A DNA stretch of 64,000 nucleotides from Dehalococcoidia bacterium (GTDB taxonomy: Bacteria > Chloroflexota > Dehalococcoidia > Plut-88900): positions 1-64,000 of the forward strand of contig CBDBLV010000002.1 of NCBI GenBank assembly GCA_965207225.1, written 5' to 3'. Position 1 is the stretch's first letter. Each line of letters opens with the position of its first letter. Positions 1-9,435 of this stretch are shown piece after piece. Below the pieces are notes generated by a model. The model was given only the letters and a program-made list of their open reading frames with translations. It did not search any database and had not been told where the DNA came from. Made by a program: the position numbers and the translations under genes.

Positions 1-361
1 TCAGCAGCCGGTTCAGCGAGTCGGCGGCGGCTCTCGTCTGCGGCGGCAGGTCGTCGGGTTGGGCCTCTTGCAGCTTCTCCCGCAGACCGCCAAGGCGCGG
101 CGGGTGCTGGCGCATGAGCAGCTGCACCGGGAAGTCGAGGGCGTTGAGCGCCCCGGCGAAGGCCCCAAGCTTCGGCTCGTCGATCTCCAGCCCCATCACC
201 TCGCACACGCCCAGCTGCACCCCGTCCAGCCGCACCGGGCCGTCCTCGCTCCAGGTGCGACAGCATGAAGAACAGGGGCAGGTCGGGCGGGAGTTTCGGC
301 GGGGCGGCTCCGAACGTGGAACGGGTCTTCGTTTCGGTGTTCGCATTGCGCGTCTGAACAT
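1..361 (-). pseudogene. N-terminus of a VirB4/TraC-associated conjugation protein, frameshifted, runs off window
   Basis: RBS AGGAGG before ATG at 361. After frameshifts the frame reads EDGPVRLDGVQLGVCEVMGLEIDEPKLGAFAGALNALDFPVQLLMRQHPP. Lies downstream of PrgI/pilin genes. Confidence 0.5.
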
Positions 362-419
362 CGCCCTCCTCTGAGGGATGCCGCTCTCCGCCTCTCATTC
401 AGGTTCAGAAAAAACTCTT

Positions 420-773
420 TCAACTTCGGTTCGCTCTCCTTTTCGTCACTAGGGGACTGGGGAATGGGCCGATGACGCCGTGGCTCAGCAGCGCGGCGAC
501 GCCCTTGGCGGAGCAGAACCAGCGCCAGGCCGATGACGGCCATGCACCACTGCGGTCTTGGCCCTGCCGCCGCCCCGCTCCTCCGCGCCCTCGGCCATCA
601 GGACGAACCCCGCCCAGACGACGGCGAAGACGGCGAGTCCGGCGGCGGCGTAGGCCATCGCGGTCAGCACCGCGTCGAAGGCGGCCAGCATCGCTTCGCT
701 CCTCGGCCGGGGCCGCGCCGACGGTCGCCAACGCAGCCCCGGCAAGGAGGATTGCCGTCCATGCCCGTCTCAC
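420..773 (-). pseudogene. TrbC/VirB2 pilin-like protein, split over several frames
   Basis: Joined frames give signal MRRAWTAILLAGAAL..., then AGLAVFAVVWAGFVLMAEGAEERGGGRAKTAVV-MAVIGLALVLL-AKGVAALL, a two-TM pilin pattern. Confidence 0.55.
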
Positions 774-2484
774 CAGAGCCTGCCCTCAGCTTGACTGGGG
801 GGCCACTCCCATCCCAACCGGCGGAACCAGTCGGTCAGGTCGCCGCCGGGCGTCTGCTCGGCGGGCGGGTCTTCGGGCTCGGGCTCCGGCAGAATGCCAG
901 CACCGCAAAGGCGTCGTCGGACCCGATTTCGGAGGCCAGGGATAGGGACTCTTCCCTTGTCTTGGTGAGGGGTTCCCGGTCGGTCGTCTCAGCCTTGATG
1001 TGCTCGGGATGGACGATGGTGAGGGTCACGTCCCTCTGCACCGTCTCGCCGGGCACCGACAGGGTGGCGGAGACGGTGTGCTCCGTGGTCGTTCCGTCGT
1101 CGCTGGTGACGGTGACCGTCTCGCTGACGGTCCGGGTCGTCCCCGGCCTGTACAGGCTCACCGTCTCGGTGCGCTTCTCCGTCCGCTCCGGGTGGTGGGT
1201 GAGCGTCGTCAGCGGAGGGATGGGGATGTTTAGGGTCGCCTCAAGGCTCACGTCCACGCTCACCGCGTGAAGGGCCTCGCCTGTGGGCACGGCGAGCCGG
1301 AAGCTCGTCTCCCCGTCGGGGACGAATGCGACGCTCGCGGTCGATGCTCCCGTCGTGGCAACGACCGTTCCCGTGATGGCAGTCACCCCGGCGTCCATGA
1401 GCGCCGTCTCGGTGACGCTCTCGTGTCCGGCCACCGTCTGAAGCTCGACCGGGTGCTCGACGGCGTCAACGCAGTCGGACTCGACGACGCCGGTGACGGA
1501 TCCCCGCCGTCCAGCCGAAGTGAGGTCATGCGTTCAGGTCGCATAGCTCGCCTTCAACGACGGGCAAGCGGATAGGGAATCTGCTCATGCTCTCGACGGT
1601 GAGCGCCCCCGCCTGTCCCAGCGCGTCCTCCCAGGAAACGGCAAAGGAGGGCATTGGTCCGTTGAGGGGCAGCGAATAGTCGATGCTCTCTCCCTCTGTC
1701 AGCGTCGCCGAGCCCCAGAAGCGCAGGGTCGTGCCCTGGCCGCCGCCGAAGGCTCTCACCCGGATGTCCAGGTCGGTGGCCGCTCTCAGGGTCACTGCGG
1801 CCCGGTCGCCGGAGACGGTAAGCGCCTCGACGAATATCCGCCGTCCCTCCACCGGCTCCGTGATCTCGAAGTCGATCTCGTCGCGCCACGGCTCGTGTCC
1901 GTCGGCAAGGACCGACTGGGGGACGGTCGCGGCGGCATCGCCACTGCGACGACCGCCATGACCGCTATCCAACCCTTCGGTCCGTGGCCCTGGCTGTCGC
2001 GGCCCGCCTTGCGGGAACGGCGCTTGCCGAACCAGCAGTGGGGTCGGAAGGGCTTTCTCTCCCCGTTGCGCTTCTGCTTCCTGCGGCGGCGCAGCCTCTT
2101 GAGGGTCTTTCCCACCCGCCTCGCCATCAGCCGTAGGGGGCCGGGGCCGCTCTTCACCGGCTGTACCGTGACTGGCGGCTCAGGCCGCACCAGTTGGGAC
2201 ACAGAACCTGCGTAGACCCTGGCTCCCAGCCGGTACTTGAGGAGGTCGGCGGCCACCAGCGGCAGCCGCCGACCTCCTATCTTTCCCACCACTACTGCGA
2301 TGCCCATCAGCCCGAACAGGACGGCGAATCCCATCCGCACCTCGGACGGCCCAACGGGTGCGTAGCGGTATGCGCCGTAGGACAGGGCGCACACCGCCAC
2401 CACCGCAACGATCTGCGGGAAGGTGAACCACAGCAGCACCCTGTCCTCGGCCTGCACGTGGGTCGGTACCTCGTGTTCTCTCAT
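770..2484 (-). pseudogene. PrgI-family membrane protein fused to a long beta-rich extracellular region; multiple frameshifts
   Basis: N-terminus MREHEVPTHVQAEDRVLLWFTFPQIVAV... is PrgI-like. ORFs 1792-2484, 1526-1972 and 835-1434 join through small indels. Final TGA at 770-772 overlaps the next GTG. Confidence 0.65.
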
Positions 2485-2515
2485 TCTTTTCCCCCCTTTC
2501 CTTCCTCACGTGCTC

Positions 2516-2797
2516 CTATTCATCTGCTTCGGCGTCGGGATCGGGCACATCTATCTCCACCGGGGAGCCGACGACCGCGTCCATCACCAGCTCGACGACC
2601 CCGTAGGCCACCATCGCCAGTACGATGCCCGCCAGGGCGGTCATCATGGCGCTCTTGCCGCGCTCCATCTGGTGGGGCGCTCCCGATGCCGTCAGGTACA
2701 GGTAGGCCCCGTAGATGAAGAAGCCCACGCCCACGACGCCCACGATTCCCAGCAGGATGCCCACCAGGTTCGATATGGTCTGTGTCAGGTTTTCCAT
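2516..2797 (-). CDS. TrbC/VirB2-family pilin
   Basis: 93 aa, two hydrophobic helices flanking YLYLTASGAPHQMERGKSAMMTALAG; good RBS. Confidence 0.75.
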   Translation of the reverse strand: MENLTQTISNLVGILLGIVGVVGVGFFIYGAYLYLTASGAPHQMERGKSAMMTALAGIVLAMVAYGVVELVMDAVVGSPVEIDVPDPDAEADE

Positions 2798-2952
2798 CTG
2801 TTTTTCTCCTCTCGTTCTTCGAGCCTTCCGCTCGTCTCTCTCGGTCGGTGTCCGTCAGCTCCGTCACATGCACATCGCTCTGCCTCCGTTGCGGGTTCGG
2901 TCGGCACGGATTGGGCCGCTCCTCTGTGATTTCGTCGTCGTTGTCCTTGAGA

Positions 2953-3922
2953 TCACTCGCCGGCGCTCCTGGGGGCCTCGCTGCCCGCGTCACCGCCGCC
3001 CGACGGGGTGGCCATGGAAGCCGCCGAGCTGAGGCCGCCAGCCGCCGCCGACAGCCCCGCGCTGGCGGCAACCGCGCCCACCGCAACGCCGCCCGGGCCT
3101 CCCGCCGCTCCTCCGGCCAAAAGCCCGATGGTCCGGGCCGACCGCACCATCGAGGCGGGCAGGTTCATCCCGAAGTAGAGGGTGGACAGCCAGGCGTCGA
3201 AGGTGCCGGCGTTGCCAAGAAGGGACGGCACCCTGGTCGCCATGTAGACGAAGGCCAACGACATCAACAGCTTCCACACCAGGTCCTGCACCGGCTCGAA
3301 GGCAGCGATGGCGGCGACCTCGTTCAGGAACCCGAATCCCAACGCCAGGGCGATGAGCTGGATCGCCTGCTGGAAGGTGGTCGTCATGAAGAGCCTGAGC
3401 CAGTGCCGCCCCCAGCCCGCCGTGTGCGGCAGAATCCACAGCCCCAGGGCTATGGGGGCCAACGCCAGCAGGATGTCGATCAACGCAAGGCGCAGGATCA
3501 TCTGCACGATGACGTAGAGGACGAAGAAACCGTAGACCAGGTAGAGAAGGGCCAGCAGCAACGCCATGCCCACGCTCCCCGCCTGAACTGCGGTGAGCAG
3601 AGTCTTGAGGGTTGAACGGAGCGGTGACGTTCAGTGATACCGCGACGAAGCCGGACACGGCGTCGGCAACGTCGATGACCAGGGCGCACCACCACAGGGA
3701 CGACGCCGCTGCAACGAGGCCGAGGACGAGCCTGGGGACCATCTCCCGCCAACCTGTCTGAGACCTTCCGAGGTGCTCGGACACGATGAGCGAGAGGCCC
3801 ATCCAGCCCAGGATCACGATTAGGGCGCCGGACGTGACGGCCCAGACGACCATCCACGCCTGCTGGACAAGGTCGTGGGCGTAGGTGAGGTCGGGAGGAG
3901 TCCCGGTGAGGATGTCGCTCAT
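2953..3922 (-). pseudogene. TrbL/VirB6-family polytopic conjugation protein, frameshifted near 3620
   Basis: ORF 2990-3922 N-half (WREMVPRLVLGLVAAASSLW) continues in ORF 2953-3573 (ILRLALIDILLALAPIALGLWILPHTAGWGRHW); Gly/Ala-rich tail. Confidence 0.8.
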
Positions 3923-3925
3923 GAG

Positions 3926-4531
3926 CTAACTCCCCTCACAGTTGTCGGCGTCCTCGCCCGAGGCCCGCTCCACCACGCCGCACAGCGTCCCGTGGACTCC
4001 CTCGATCACCCACCCGGCTGCGGCCCTGGCCCAACGGGAGGGGTTGAGGGCGCTCAGAATCTTGTCCCAGATGCGTCCCGGCTCGTGGATGGGGACGACG
4101 GCGTAGAAGTCTCCCTGCTTGCCGTCCTCGGCGTGAGCCAGCATGACCAGCAGGTAGGCCCTGTCGGGGTCGAGGTCGGGCTGCTCGTCCAGCCTGGGAT
4201 ACTCCCAGGAGTACTCTCAGCCGTCTGAGCGCTTCTTCTCGCCGCCCCTGACCCGGTACATGGCGGATATCCAGTCGCCGGTGTCGGCGTCGCGAACGGC
4301 GTAGAAGAGGTCTTGGAGCTTGCGGTCGAAGAGGGGCCGTGCGACGAACTCGCCGCCCTTCTTGCGCTCGACGAATTCTCTGTCGGTGTTGACCAGGGTG
4401 ATGTCGCCAGCGGGCGGCGATTGGGCCAGGGCGAGGTTGCTGGTGGGGACGGCGACCAGCGCCGCCAGCAGCAACGCAATCGCCAGCGGAATGAGCCGGC
4501 CATTTGACCGGAGCTTCGATTTCTGCGCCAA
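3926..4531 (-). pseudogene. Secreted hypothetical protein heading the conjugation operon; in-frame TGA at 4217-4219
   Basis: GAGGTG RBS + TTG at 4531, signal peptide LIPLAIALLLAALVAVP. Frame continues past TGA as SDG*EYSWEYPRLDEQPDLDPDRAYLLVMLAH into ORF 3926-4144. Confidence 0.65.
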
Positions 4532-4602
4532 GATGTTCACCTCTCGTGGTTTGCCGCGATTCGCCGGATCGCAGCCCTCGACAGAGAGTGTGAACAAATC
4601 AA

Positions 4603-4626
4603 ACGCCGAAAAAGACCCCACGCATG
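4603..4626 (-). promoter_or_regulatory. Conserved motif copy 1 (inverted partner at 5905-5927), upstream of conjugation operon
   Basis: ACGCCGAAAAAGACCCCACGCATG is the reverse complement of 5905-5927 apart from one extra A. Confidence 0.6.
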
Positions 4627-4820
4627 GTGGCACCATCCATGCCCTCTTATCTGAGGCCCGTTTCGTGCAGTATTGGGGGTGTACAGGAAATGGACTTTTG
4701 TGACTGAGTGGTCAAAGTCGTGATTTCGTAGCTAAATCAGGGGCAAAACCCCCTCTACAGGAGGTGAACGGTGAGCAATCTGATGAAAGGGCGGAGTCCG
4801 GTCTCCAATGACAAAAAGAG

Positions 4821-4912
4821 GCTTGAAGTGGGGGTGCATGACGCGGCCAAAATCGACGGCCCGATGACAAAAACGGCCGAAAAGTCCGCTTGAGGTGGGG
4901 GTGCGTTACGCG
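4821..4912 (+). repeat. Two 25-bp imperfect direct repeats upstream of the HTH gene
   Basis: GCTTGAAGTGGGGGTGCATGACGCG (4821-4845) vs GCTTGAGGTGGGGGTGCGTTACGCG (4888-4912), 22/25 identical. Each has ATGACAAAAA a short distance upstream. Confidence 0.75.
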
Positions 4913-4989
4913 AGGCGAGAGATCGTGCGAATCACGGACTTGGTGGAATTCATAGCTGGAACGAGTCTTCGGAGAAGGAGGAAATTGCC

Positions 4990-5884
4990 ATGAAGACGAC
5001 CGAACACGGCATCGAGGACAGCAGAGACATCGAGAACATGTACCACATGCGGCTCATGACGTTGCTGCAAGAGCTGGTGTGGGAGCGGGGATACAAGGGC
5101 GCGGCGCGGGTGTTGGAGATCGACCAGCGCACGGTGGCCGAGAGCGCCAGGACGGGGAGGCTGTCGCGGCGGATGCGGGAGTCCCTGGAGCGGGCCTTGC
5201 AGGAGGGCGTGGGTTCTGCGGCGGCCCGTCAGCGAGAGCGCAACGACGCCCTGGAGGAGCGCCTGGGGGAGTTGGAGAGCGGGATGGAGTCGCTGGGCAA
5301 GGAGGCGCGCAGGCGGCTGTCCAGGGTGGAGGGCGCGGTGGAGGCTCTGGCAAAGGAGGGCACAGTGAGTCCGAAGACGACCGGGGCCGGTCACGCCGGC
5401 GCCGGTCCCTCGGAGCAGAGCGCTGATAAAGGCGATGATGCAGGGTCAGTGAGCGAAGGAAGTCCTGCGTCAAAGTCGTCGATGCGGCGCGAGTACCCCG
5501 ATCTGGTGACCCTTGAGCCTGCCGATGACGACGAGGAGGTCTTCGGAGACGCCTGGTCCCTGATCGCCCTGTGGCGGGAATTGAAGGAGTCTCACCCCAA
5601 CGAGGGGAAGGGGCTTTGATTGGCTTATGGAGCGAGAGCGGCTGCTGGAGATGGAGCTTGCATTGCTGGAGGAGCACGGGATGACGCTGCCTCCGGAGAA
5701 GCAGCCCCTGCACGGCCTCGACCGCAGCGGCCAGGTCAGCTGGCGCAGGAAGGCCCTCTTCGACACGCGGAGAGGCGCGGGCCAGGCGCGAGGTCGTGAC
5801 CAAGGTGTGGCGGGCGCTCACTCTGAGGTGGTCGGCGGCCCTCGCAGTAGCGCCCGGCGTTGCGGATGCGGGAGTGAACTTTGA
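4990..5884 (+). pseudogene. Hypothetical protein with N-terminal HTH and coiled coil; frameshifted near 5616 and 5775
   Basis: GGAGG RBS; YKGAARVLEIDQRTVAES HTH-like. Removing one T in CTTTGAT restores GKGLDWLMERERLLEME (ORF 5627-5884). Confidence 0.6.
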
Positions 5885-5904
5885 AGCAATTTTCGGGGTG
5901 GGGG

Positions 5905-5944
5905 CATGCGTGGGGTCTTTTCGGCGTCGGAGACCTGCGATAAT
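5905..5944 (+). promoter_or_regulatory. Conserved motif copy 2 plus extended -10 (TGcGATAAT)
   Basis: CATGCGTGGGGTCTTTTCGGCGT at 5905-5927; GATAAT at 5939-5944. Confidence 0.55.
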
Positions 5945-6033
5945 TGCCTCACTGTTTGGCTTTCTCCAAGGTTTCCGACCATAGAAACCTGGGTGCGTGA
6001 TCCCTGTTGCACGGGCTTCGCCCAAGAGGGAAT

Positions 6034-6240
6034 GCTGGCAATGCGGAGTTTGACGTTGGTCCTTCGCAACCAGCGCGGGCCGATTCGACGGAGTTGACGC
6101 AAGGGCCTCCGTCCCCGGCTCAGTCCGGCGGTTGAAGTTTGACGTTGATCCCTCACCCGCTGGGCATAGGTCTGACGGCTGGGGTTGATCGCCTCATCCG
6201 TTGGGCCAAGGAGGACGGGTGCGCATGAGCGCCTCGTCCC
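6034..6240 (+). ncRNA. Putative structured RNA/ssDNA element: four tandem hairpins with TTGA(C/T) loops plus a fifth hairpin
   Basis: Stems at 6034-6074, 6077-6121, 6123-6165 and 6169-6207. Loop motifs at 6050, 6094, 6139 and 6185. Many G-T wobble pairs; no credible ORF. Confidence 0.55.
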
Positions 6241-6266
6241 CGGCAAACTGGTCGAAGTGCGCCTGG

Positions 6267-7997
6267 AGGCTGTCCCATAAGTGGGAAGTGACGGATAGCG
6301 CCCCGGCAGCTGTTCCGACGCGACATCTACGAAGAGATGAAGATGCCGCTTAGACCAGGGTTCGCTTTTACGACCCCAGCCGGGAAGTGATAGGGGAATG
6401 CTGGATTGAAGGGTGAGAGTTGTGTAGTAGCGGCAGTTGCTGTGAGAGAGTGGGGAGAGGCACTAGGCCGCGGATACTTGAGTGGAGGGGTCGGCTCCGG
6501 GTCTCCACGCCTTCCAGATAGTGCGGAGGTTGAAGGCGATGGCAAGCACCGTCCATTCGGCCTTCACGTTGGCAAGGCCACGCAACAGGAACCTCCGAGC
6601 CCTCAGTTGTTCCTTAAAGATCCCGAAGACCGGTTCGACCAGGTACTTCCTCCGTTTGTAGGCCGTCGTGGCTGCCTCGGTAGACATCCATTCTCTGTGA
6701 GCGCGCAGTACATGGTCGCGTGCCCCGATTTCTAGCTTGCGTCCCCGTGGGTAATCCTTGGTGCAGACCCCAAATGCGGGGCAACTGCGGCAGGCCGAGG
6801 CAGAGGCTGCTCGGTATACCCGGACCGGCGTTCCGGCGTTTGTGGACGAGCTGGAGAAGCGCAATATCTTTCCATGAGGACAGACGTACCTGTCGTTGCC
6901 CTCGTCATAGGTGAATCGGTCCTTGTGATAGGGATTGTCCAGTGGTCGGGCCATATCCGGCATTGCCACTTGCTGACCTTTACGGTGACTCGCCTCCAGG
7001 TTCCGGCCTCCACAATAACCGGCGTCTGCCAACGTCAACGGAGTCCTGGTTCCTGTAACACCCTCTGCCTGTTCCATCATCGGGGTCAACTGGAGGGCGT
7101 CATTGACTTGGTCCACAACGTCTACGGCGGTCAGCAGCATGCCGGTCGTCTGTCCGCCTGGTGCCAGCGGTGACACCATAGCTTGGGCGTTGTAGCTGGG
7201 CATGAAGCCCTGACGGGTCCTCATGAGTTTTGCATCCCGATCGGTGAGGTTGATGCGCTTGCGATTCCGCTCAGAAGCCAACTCGTCCATCGCATGACGA
7301 ATCTGCTCCCTCAGCGTTTGCTTGTTGGCTAATTCTTCCGGCAGATGTAATGCGGGGGTATCCTCACCTGCTTCGTTCTGAGCTTCAAGGTCGGAGATCG
7401 CCTTCTCCACCCTGTTCAATAACCGACCCAACTCCCCCGCATCGTAGGTCCTATCTCTTGCCGCATTGGCCCCCACCTTAGTTCCGTCAACCGCCTGCAC
7501 CGCCAGATCCACCAGCTTCATCGTCACCGCCGTGCGCACAGTGCGCTCGAACAGCTTCCTCATGGACTGCCTGTGTTCCTTGTAGAACCGCCACAAGGTG
7601 TTGTGGTCAGGATGCTGCCAGCCGGTCAGCCACAGATACGGTATCTGGTCCCGGCAGGCCGCCTCCAACTTGCGGCAGGAGCGCACCCCGGTCATGAAAC
7701 CGTACAGCCACACGCTCAACAAAGCGCGGGGATGGTAGGCCGGCGCTCCCATCGGGTCGCCGTCTATCTCCACGCCGAGTTCAGCCCAGCCTTCCCTATC
7801 CAGTGCGTCCACAAACTCGGCCACGAATCGGGCTGGATGGTCTAACGGCAACAGATCGTCAAGAGTCGGGGGCAACAGCCACATCTGTTCTCGGTCCATA
7901 TCTCGAAGCGGCATCTCCATCTCTCCTTCGTCGATGTCGCTTCAAAGGTACACCTAACAAGGTTCCATTCACCACTCCCCAACTTCTGAGACAGGCT
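6267..7997 (-). mobile_element. IS1182-family insertion sequence
   Basis: Imperfect terminal IRs AGGCTGTCCCATAAGTGGG / revcomp AGCCTGTCTCAGAAGTTGGG. CTGG occurs at both junctions (exact ends +/-2 bp). Confidence 0.85.
6463..7920 (-). CDS. IS1182-family transposase
   Basis: LPLDHPAR, GAPAYHP, SCRKLE, PDHNTLWRF, AVDGTK, LADAGY, CPHGK zinc knuckle and YKRRKYLVEPVFG motifs. Confidence 0.93.
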   Translation of the reverse strand: MEMPLRDMDREQMWLLPPTLDDLLPLDHPARFVAEFVDALDREGWAELGVEIDGDPMGAPAYHPRALLSVWLYGFMTGVRSCRKLEAACRDQIPYLWLTGWQHPDHNTLWRFYKEHRQSMRKLFERTVRTAVTMKLVDLAVQAVDGTKVGANAARDRTYDAGELGRLLNRVEKAISDLEAQNEAGEDTPALHLPEELANKQTLREQIRHAMDELASERNRKRINLTDRDAKLMRTRQGFMPSYNAQAMVSPLAPGGQTTGMLLTAVDVVDQVNDALQLTPMMEQAEGVTGTRTPLTLADAGYCGGRNLEASHRKGQQVAMPDMARPLDNPYHKDRFTYDEGNDRYVCPHGKILRFSSSSTNAGTPVRVYRAASASACRSCPAFGVCTKDYPRGRKLEIGARDHVLRAHREWMSTEAATTAYKRRKYLVEPVFGIFKEQLRARRFLLRGLANVKAEWTVLAIAFNLRTIWKAWRPGADPSTQVSAA

Positions 7998-8199
7998 GGC
8001 CTGTCGCCTCGGCCGGTTCGACATGTCTGCGGGATGGCTGGCACGCGGCTACACCGCAGCTACGACACGCGCCGGATGCTCCTATAGATGTTGTTAGTGC
8101 TAACTCTAAACTGACCCAGTAGCGCTAATTTGGAATTGACCCACCCCGATAGCGGACGCATCTTCGTCGGGAAACCGATTAGGAGGTGCAGCAAGTCAA

Positions 8200-9435
8200 A
8201 TGATAGGAGGTGGGTTAGTGAGAGAGTTATACGAGTTGAAGGGCGATGGAAGCTCGATCCGAGGGATATCGAGGGAGTTGGGGATTTCCCGGAACACCGT
8301 GCGCAAGTACGTGCGCTCCGACGAGGTGCCCAAGGCCAAGCGGCGAGAGAAGCAGGGGTCGAAGCTGGACCCATACAAGGGTCACATAGATGGTCGGCTG
8401 TCGGCGGGAGTGGACAACTGCGTGGTGCTGCTGCGGGAGATCCGGGAGTTGGGCTACGACGGCAGCTATCCGACGCTGACCAACTACGTGCGGCCTCGGC
8501 GTCGGCCGCGTCAGCCCCGTGCGACGGTGCGGTTCGAGACGGCGCCAGGCGAGCAGGCACAGGTGGACTGGGGCAGCTTCGCCTATGTCGGAGAGGACGG
8601 GCGCAAGCACCGGGTCTGGGCCTTCGTGATGGTGCTGAGCTGGTCTCGGACCATCTACGTGGAGTTCGTCCGGCGCGCCGACGTGGCGACCTTCATCAGG
8701 TGCCACGTGAACGCCTTCGAGTACTTCGGTGGTGTTCCCCGCCGCTGCCTGTACGACAACGCCAAGGTGGTGGTCCTGGGGCGTGACAGGGAGGGCAGGC
8801 CGGAGTGGAACAGCCGGATGCTGGACTTCTCACTGCGAATGGGCTTCGACCTCCGTCTGTGCCGACCCTACCGAGCGCAGACGAAGGGCAAGGTGGAGAG
8901 CGGCGTGAAGTACGTCCGGGGCAACCTGTGGCCCGGTGTCCGCTTCACCGACGACGCAGACATGAACCGCCAGGCCCTGGAGTGGTGCGATGCGGTGGCC
9001 AATCGGCGAGTCCATGGGACGACGCACCGGGTCCCCCGAGAGATGCTGGCTGAGGAGCTCGCCCACCTGGGCAGCCTGCCGCCGCGTTCGGGCCTTGCGC
9101 CCTACATGCGGGAGGAGCGGAAGGTGGCCAGGGACGGCTACGTCCACTGGGAGAGGTCTCGCTACGGCGTGCCCTGGAGCTGGGCGGGTTCGACGGTCCA
9201 GGTGGGTGTGCGGGCCGGTACGGTGGAGGTCTGGTCGGGCGACGTGCGGCTGGCGGTGCATCCCCAAGCCCAGCGGACCGGTCAGCGCCTCACACTGCCG
9301 GGCCAGTGGGACGGACTGCCCGGCGGCGATGATCGTCCTCGTAAGGAAGCCGTGGCGGTGCAGATCCCTGTGGGCCAGGTGGAGCGCCGCTCCCTGGAGG
9401 TGTACGAGTTGGCAGCGGTGGGAGGTGGGCGATGA
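8200..9435 (+). CDS. istA: IS21 transposase
   Basis: HTH ISRNTVRKY, RFETAPGEQAQVDWG, YDNAK, QTKGKVESGVKY, NRRVHGTT. Confidence 0.95.
   Translation: MIGGGLVRELYELKGDGSSIRGISRELGISRNTVRKYVRSDEVPKAKRREKQGSKLDPYKGHIDGRLSAGVDNCVVLLREIRELGYDGSYPTLTNYVRPRRRPRQPRATVRFETAPGEQAQVDWGSFAYVGEDGRKHRVWAFVMVLSWSRTIYVEFVRRADVATFIRCHVNAFEYFGGVPRRCLYDNAKVVVLGRDREGRPEWNSRMLDFSLRMGFDLRLCRPYRAQTKGKVESGVKYVRGNLWPGVRFTDDADMNRQALEWCDAVANRRVHGTTHRVPREMLAEELAHLGSLPPRSGLAPYMREERKVARDGYVHWERSRYGVPWSWAGSTVQVGVRAGTVEVWSGDVRLAVHPQAQRTGQRLTLPGQWDGLPGGDDRPRKEAVAVQIPVGQVERRSLEVYELAAVGGGR

Noticed and set aside
4217-4219. TGA read as Trp or Sec (genetic code change)
   Set aside because: TGG is used for Trp and TGA terminates other genes; the surrounding operon is full of lesions, so TGG-to-TGA nonsense is simpler.
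6034-6207. Hairpin array as a mini-CRISPR or attC cassette array
   Set aside because: Only the short loop is conserved; no repeat-spacer pattern, no attC core sites, no cas or intI gene.
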